Shown in pieces: positions 1 to 1,088 of a DNA stretch of 1,088 nucleotides. The stretch is taken from assembly GCA_000004985.1 (NCBI GenBank), contig GG739570.1; one strand, given 5' to 3'. The position numbers were made by a program, and so were the translations under genes. The notes beneath the pieces were generated by a model. That model saw only the letters and a program-made list of their open reading frames with translations. It was not told the origin of the DNA and did no database searches. How positions within the stretch are numbered: position 1 is the first letter of the stretch; each line of letters opens with the position of its first letter. Origin of the DNA: Naegleria gruberi. Lineage: Eukaryota.

Positions 1-732
1 TGAATTAATATTATTAAATTCATGATCATAATATGAAATTGATGTTAATTCATTAACATTATTTTCATTAACATATTCAATATCAGATAATATCCACCAA
101 TAATTATTTAAATTATTATTTAAATTATTATTATTATTTAAATTATTAAAAGGTATAATATTATAAATATTTAAATTATTAGTTTGATTTAAACCAACTT
201 TTAAAGATTTAATATTACCAATATTAATATTTTCAATAATATTAACATCAATACATTGTTCAAATATATTATCAATATTATATGGTTGACCAATATTTAA
301 ACAAGTACATTGATTTTCTTCATATTTATAAATATATGTAATATTATTATTATTATAATCAACTTGAATATATTCAATAGTTAATATTTTACTATCTGTA
401 TCATAGGTATCTACTCTTTTTAATCCTTTATAAATATCATATTTAATATTAGATTGATAGGTAAATGAATTTAAATCATTTCTACGATTAACAATTGAAT
501 AAACATCTTGTTTATAACTTGAAATTGGTGGCATACAATATGTTGTTTCTGTTTTTGTCATTTCTTTCATATTATTATTAGATTTAATATTAGATTTAAT
601 ATTAGATTTAAATTTAATATTAGATGAAGAAATGAATGATTCATATTGATTTGATGATTGAATTAAAAATAAAGATAATACTATCAATGATAATAATATC
701 ATCATCATTGAAATATTAATTGAATTGAACAT
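1..732 (-). CDS. Hypothetical secreted/membrane Asn-rich, Cys-containing protein; N-terminus complete (ATG = complement of 730-732), C-terminus beyond window start
   Basis: Reverse-complement frame from 732 down to 1 has 244 sense codons and no stop, whereas every + strand frame is littered with TAA/TGA/TAG. The ATG at 732 is the first in-frame ATG after an upstream in-frame stop (complement of 775-777), and its context is aaaATG. Translation begins MFNSINISMMMILLSLIVLSLFLIQSSNQYESFISSSNIKFKSNIKSNIKSNNNMKEMTKTETTYCMPPISSYKQDVYSIVNRRNDLNSFTYQSNIKYDIYKGLKRVDTYDTDSKILTIEYIQVDYNNNNITYIYKYEENQCTCLNIGQPYNIDNIFEQCIDVN... The hydrophobic core MMMILLSLIVLSLFLI fits a signal peptide or signal anchor. 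Codon usage is coherent across the frame (TTA, AAT, CAA, AGA, AAA, TAT, GGT, CCA, TCA/TCT) and typical of an AT-rich protist such as Dictyostelium. No homolog recognised from memory. Confidence 0.75.
   Translation of the reverse strand, partial: MFNSINISMMMILLSLIVLSLFLIQSSNQYESFISSSNIKFKSNIKSNIKSNNNMKEMTKTETTYCMPPISSYKQDVYSIVNRRNDLNSFTYQSNIKYDIYKGLKRVDTYDTDSKILTIEYIQVDYNNNNITYIYKYEENQCTCLNIGQPYNIDNIFEQCIDVNIIENINIGNIKSLKVGLNQTNNLNIYNIIPFNNLNNNNNLNNNLNNYWWILSDIEYVNENNVNELTSISYYDHEFNNINS
103..148. repeat. In-frame low-complexity 12-bp repeat (attatttaaatt core at 103, 115, 133) encoding an Asn/Leu tract (NNLNNNNNLNNNLNN)
   Basis: The 16-mer attatttaaattatta occurs exactly at 103-118, 115-130 and 133-148, with spacing of 12 then 18 bp. 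The minus-strand translation is a poly-Asn/Leu tract of the kind common in Dictyostelium- or Plasmodium-type proteins. Confidence 0.8.
581..626. repeat. In-frame 12-bp tandem repeat (unit gatttaatatta, 2 exact copies plus a third carrying a 6-bp aattta insertion) encoding SNIK-F/K-SNIK-SNIK just downstream of the signal peptide
   Basis: Direct reading shows gatttaatatta at 581-592 and 593-604, then gatttaaatttaatatta at 605-622. On the coding (minus) strand this gives ...SSNIKFKSNIKSNIKSNNN. The unit length is a multiple of 3, so copy-number change keeps the frame. Confidence 0.85.
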
Positions 733-830
733 TTTCGCTTTTTTTTTCTCAAAGATATTTGATGAATATTGATATTAATTTTATATTATTTAAAAAATGT
801 CAATGATTTTATAAAAAAATTGACTAATTT
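733..830 (-). promoter_or_regulatory. Putative 5' UTR and core promoter of the minus-strand gene: A9 run directly upstream of the ATG (T9 on + strand at 739-747), TATA-like tttataaaat on minus strand (~806-815, ~75-80 bp upstream of ATG) flanked by oligo-T/A runs
   Basis: Read 5'->3' on the minus strand, the region is ...ccaaattagtcaatttttttataaaatcattgacattttttaaataatataaaattaatatcaatattcatcaaatatctttgagaaaaaaaaagcgaaaATG. It is about 85% A+T and non-coding, with an in-frame stop at 775-777. It holds a TATA-like element followed by T-runs and an A-rich pre-ATG context, which is the arrangement known for Dictyostelium promoters. Exact TSS unknown. Confidence 0.35.
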
Positions 831-835
831 GGATA

Positions 836-849
836 ATCTCATATGAGAT
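836..849. promoter_or_regulatory. Perfect 14-bp palindrome atctcatatgagat (centre CATATG), ~105-118 bp upstream of the ATG; candidate dimeric transcription-factor site
   Basis: The sequence 836-849 is identical to its reverse complement. A degenerate second copy atctccatatagat lies at 853-866, one indel/substitution away, so two related elements sit within about 30 bp. The palindrome itself is certain. Its function is inference. Confidence 0.3.
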
Positions 850-979
850 AAAATCTCCATATAGATATATTAACAAGAATACATCTATTATCATTTATTT
901 CATGTAACAATTATTATATTTATAGAAACTATATCAACTCCTATCAAACTCCAATTTAATGTCCAAAACAACACAACTC

Positions 980-1087
980 CTAAATTATTTCAACTCTTTT
1001 CACTACTTGGATAATTGTTTGGTGGAAGACTTGTTCCGTAGTTCTTAGTGCTTGGTGAAAACCAAGGAATCTATTCACAATATTGTG
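980..1087 (-). CDS. Possible 3' end of an upstream minus-strand gene: open frame entering from beyond the window, 35 sense codons, TAG stop = complement of 980-982
   Basis: Minus-strand frame codons 1087->983 read HNIVNRFLGFHQALRTTEQVFHQTIIQVVKRVEII*. The region is markedly GC-richer (~34%) than the rest of the window, and the minus strand there is purine-rich (transcript-like). However the frame is short and uses codons rare for this genome type (CTT, CTA, GTG, ACG). A ncRNA or repeat-element edge is an equally viable reading. Confidence 0.2.
   Translation of the reverse strand, partial: HNIVNRFLGFHQALRTTEQVFHQTIIQVVKRVEII
1051..1066. other. Perfect 6-bp stem hairpin cttggt-GAAA-accaag (GNRA tetraloop on + strand; UUUC loop on minus strand)
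   Basis: cttggt at 1051-1056 and accaag at 1061-1066 are exact reverse complements separated by gaaa. The hairpin is embedded in the GC-richer terminal block. A structural or functional role is unproven. Confidence 0.3.
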
Positions 1088-1088
1088 A

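Noticed and set aside
1-732. Introns interrupting the minus-strand ORF
   Set aside because: The frame is continuous for 244 codons with uniform codon usage. There is no GTAAGT...AG segment of the >90% A+T type that would need to be spliced out. The most AT-rich patches translate as in-frame poly-Asn, which is normal for this genome type.
1-732. + strand coding potential overlapping the main gene
   Set aside because: All three + strand frames are interrupted by TAA/TGA/TAG every few codons. For example, frames starting at 1, 2 and 3 each hit a stop within 8 codons, and the pattern continues throughout.
760-765. tgatga (snoRNA box C-like) in the upstream region
   Set aside because: It is a single 6-mer in 83% A+T DNA. 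There is no partner box D (ctga) at an appropriate distance, no terminal stem, and no guide-like segment.
833-892. gataat (832-837) / attatc (887-892) distal inverted repeat around the palindrome region
   Set aside because: A 6-bp A/T-rich inverted repeat across a 50-bp spacer is expected by chance several times in sequence of this composition.
959-1048. Short + strand ORF ATG..TAG (29 codons, MSKTTQLLNYFNSFHYLDNCLVEDLFRSS*) in the GC-richer island
   Set aside because: It is too short to distinguish from chance in 34% G+C sequence. It uses CTC/CTA/GTG/GAC codons atypical of the main gene, and the + strand there is pyrimidine-rich, which is anti-sense-like. I kept it only as an alternative reading of the island.
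1017-1088. Possible tRNA or small structured RNA gene suggested by G+C enrichment and a hairpin
   Set aside because: There is no T-loop consensus (GGTTCGAATCC-like), no A/B box spacing, and no cloverleaf that I can fold by eye. I could not find a Dictyostelium DUSE-like motif ([AT]CCCA[CT]AA) upstream. A generic ncRNA remains possible and is covered in the findings.
1-1088. CRISPR arrays, IS/transposon terminal inverted repeats, prokaryotic promoters/RBS
   Set aside because: No direct repeats of 24-40 bp with unique spacers were found. The only repeats are 12-bp in-frame coding minisatellites. No Shine-Dalgarno-spaced starts are present, and the composition and gene structure are eukaryotic.

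Overview
This window is extremely AT-rich, about 80% A+T overall, with no prokaryotic signals. I see no Shine-Dalgarno-spaced ORF arrays, CRISPR repeats or IS ends. The composition and codon choice point to a eukaryote of the Dictyostelium type; an apicomplexan is the less likely alternative. The signs are near-exclusive TTA Leu, AAT Asn, CAA Gln, AGA Arg and AAA Lys, frequent GGT and CCA, poly-Asn tracts, and an A-run just before the ATG. I cannot confirm the organism without a search.

The dominant feature is one long minus-strand ORF covering positions 732 to 1 and running out of the window at its 3' end. It has 244 sense codons and no stop, in sequence where random frames hit TAA, TGA or TAG every few codons. 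It opens with a clear hydrophobic signal-peptide or signal-anchor segment, then in-frame SNIK and NNLN minisatellite-like repeats, four Cys, and a long Asn-rich body. I read it as a hypothetical secreted or membrane Asn-rich protein and do not recognise a named family.

Positions 733-939 are about 83% A+T and look like the gene's 5' UTR and promoter. They carry a run of nine A just upstream of the ATG, a minus-strand TATA-like element, a perfect 14-bp palindrome (836-849) with a degenerate neighbouring copy, and a small inverted repeat.

The last ~150 bp (940-1088) switch abruptly to about 34% G+C with strong strand asymmetry. They hold an open minus-strand frame entering from beyond the window and ending at a TAG (980-982), plus a GAAA-tetraloop hairpin. 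This may be the 3' end of a neighbouring gene, a ncRNA, or an edge of a mobile element. I cannot resolve which from this fragment.

I found nothing resembling a defined multi-gene 'system'. The honest description is one novel-looking secreted-protein gene with its promoter, next to a compositionally distinct element.
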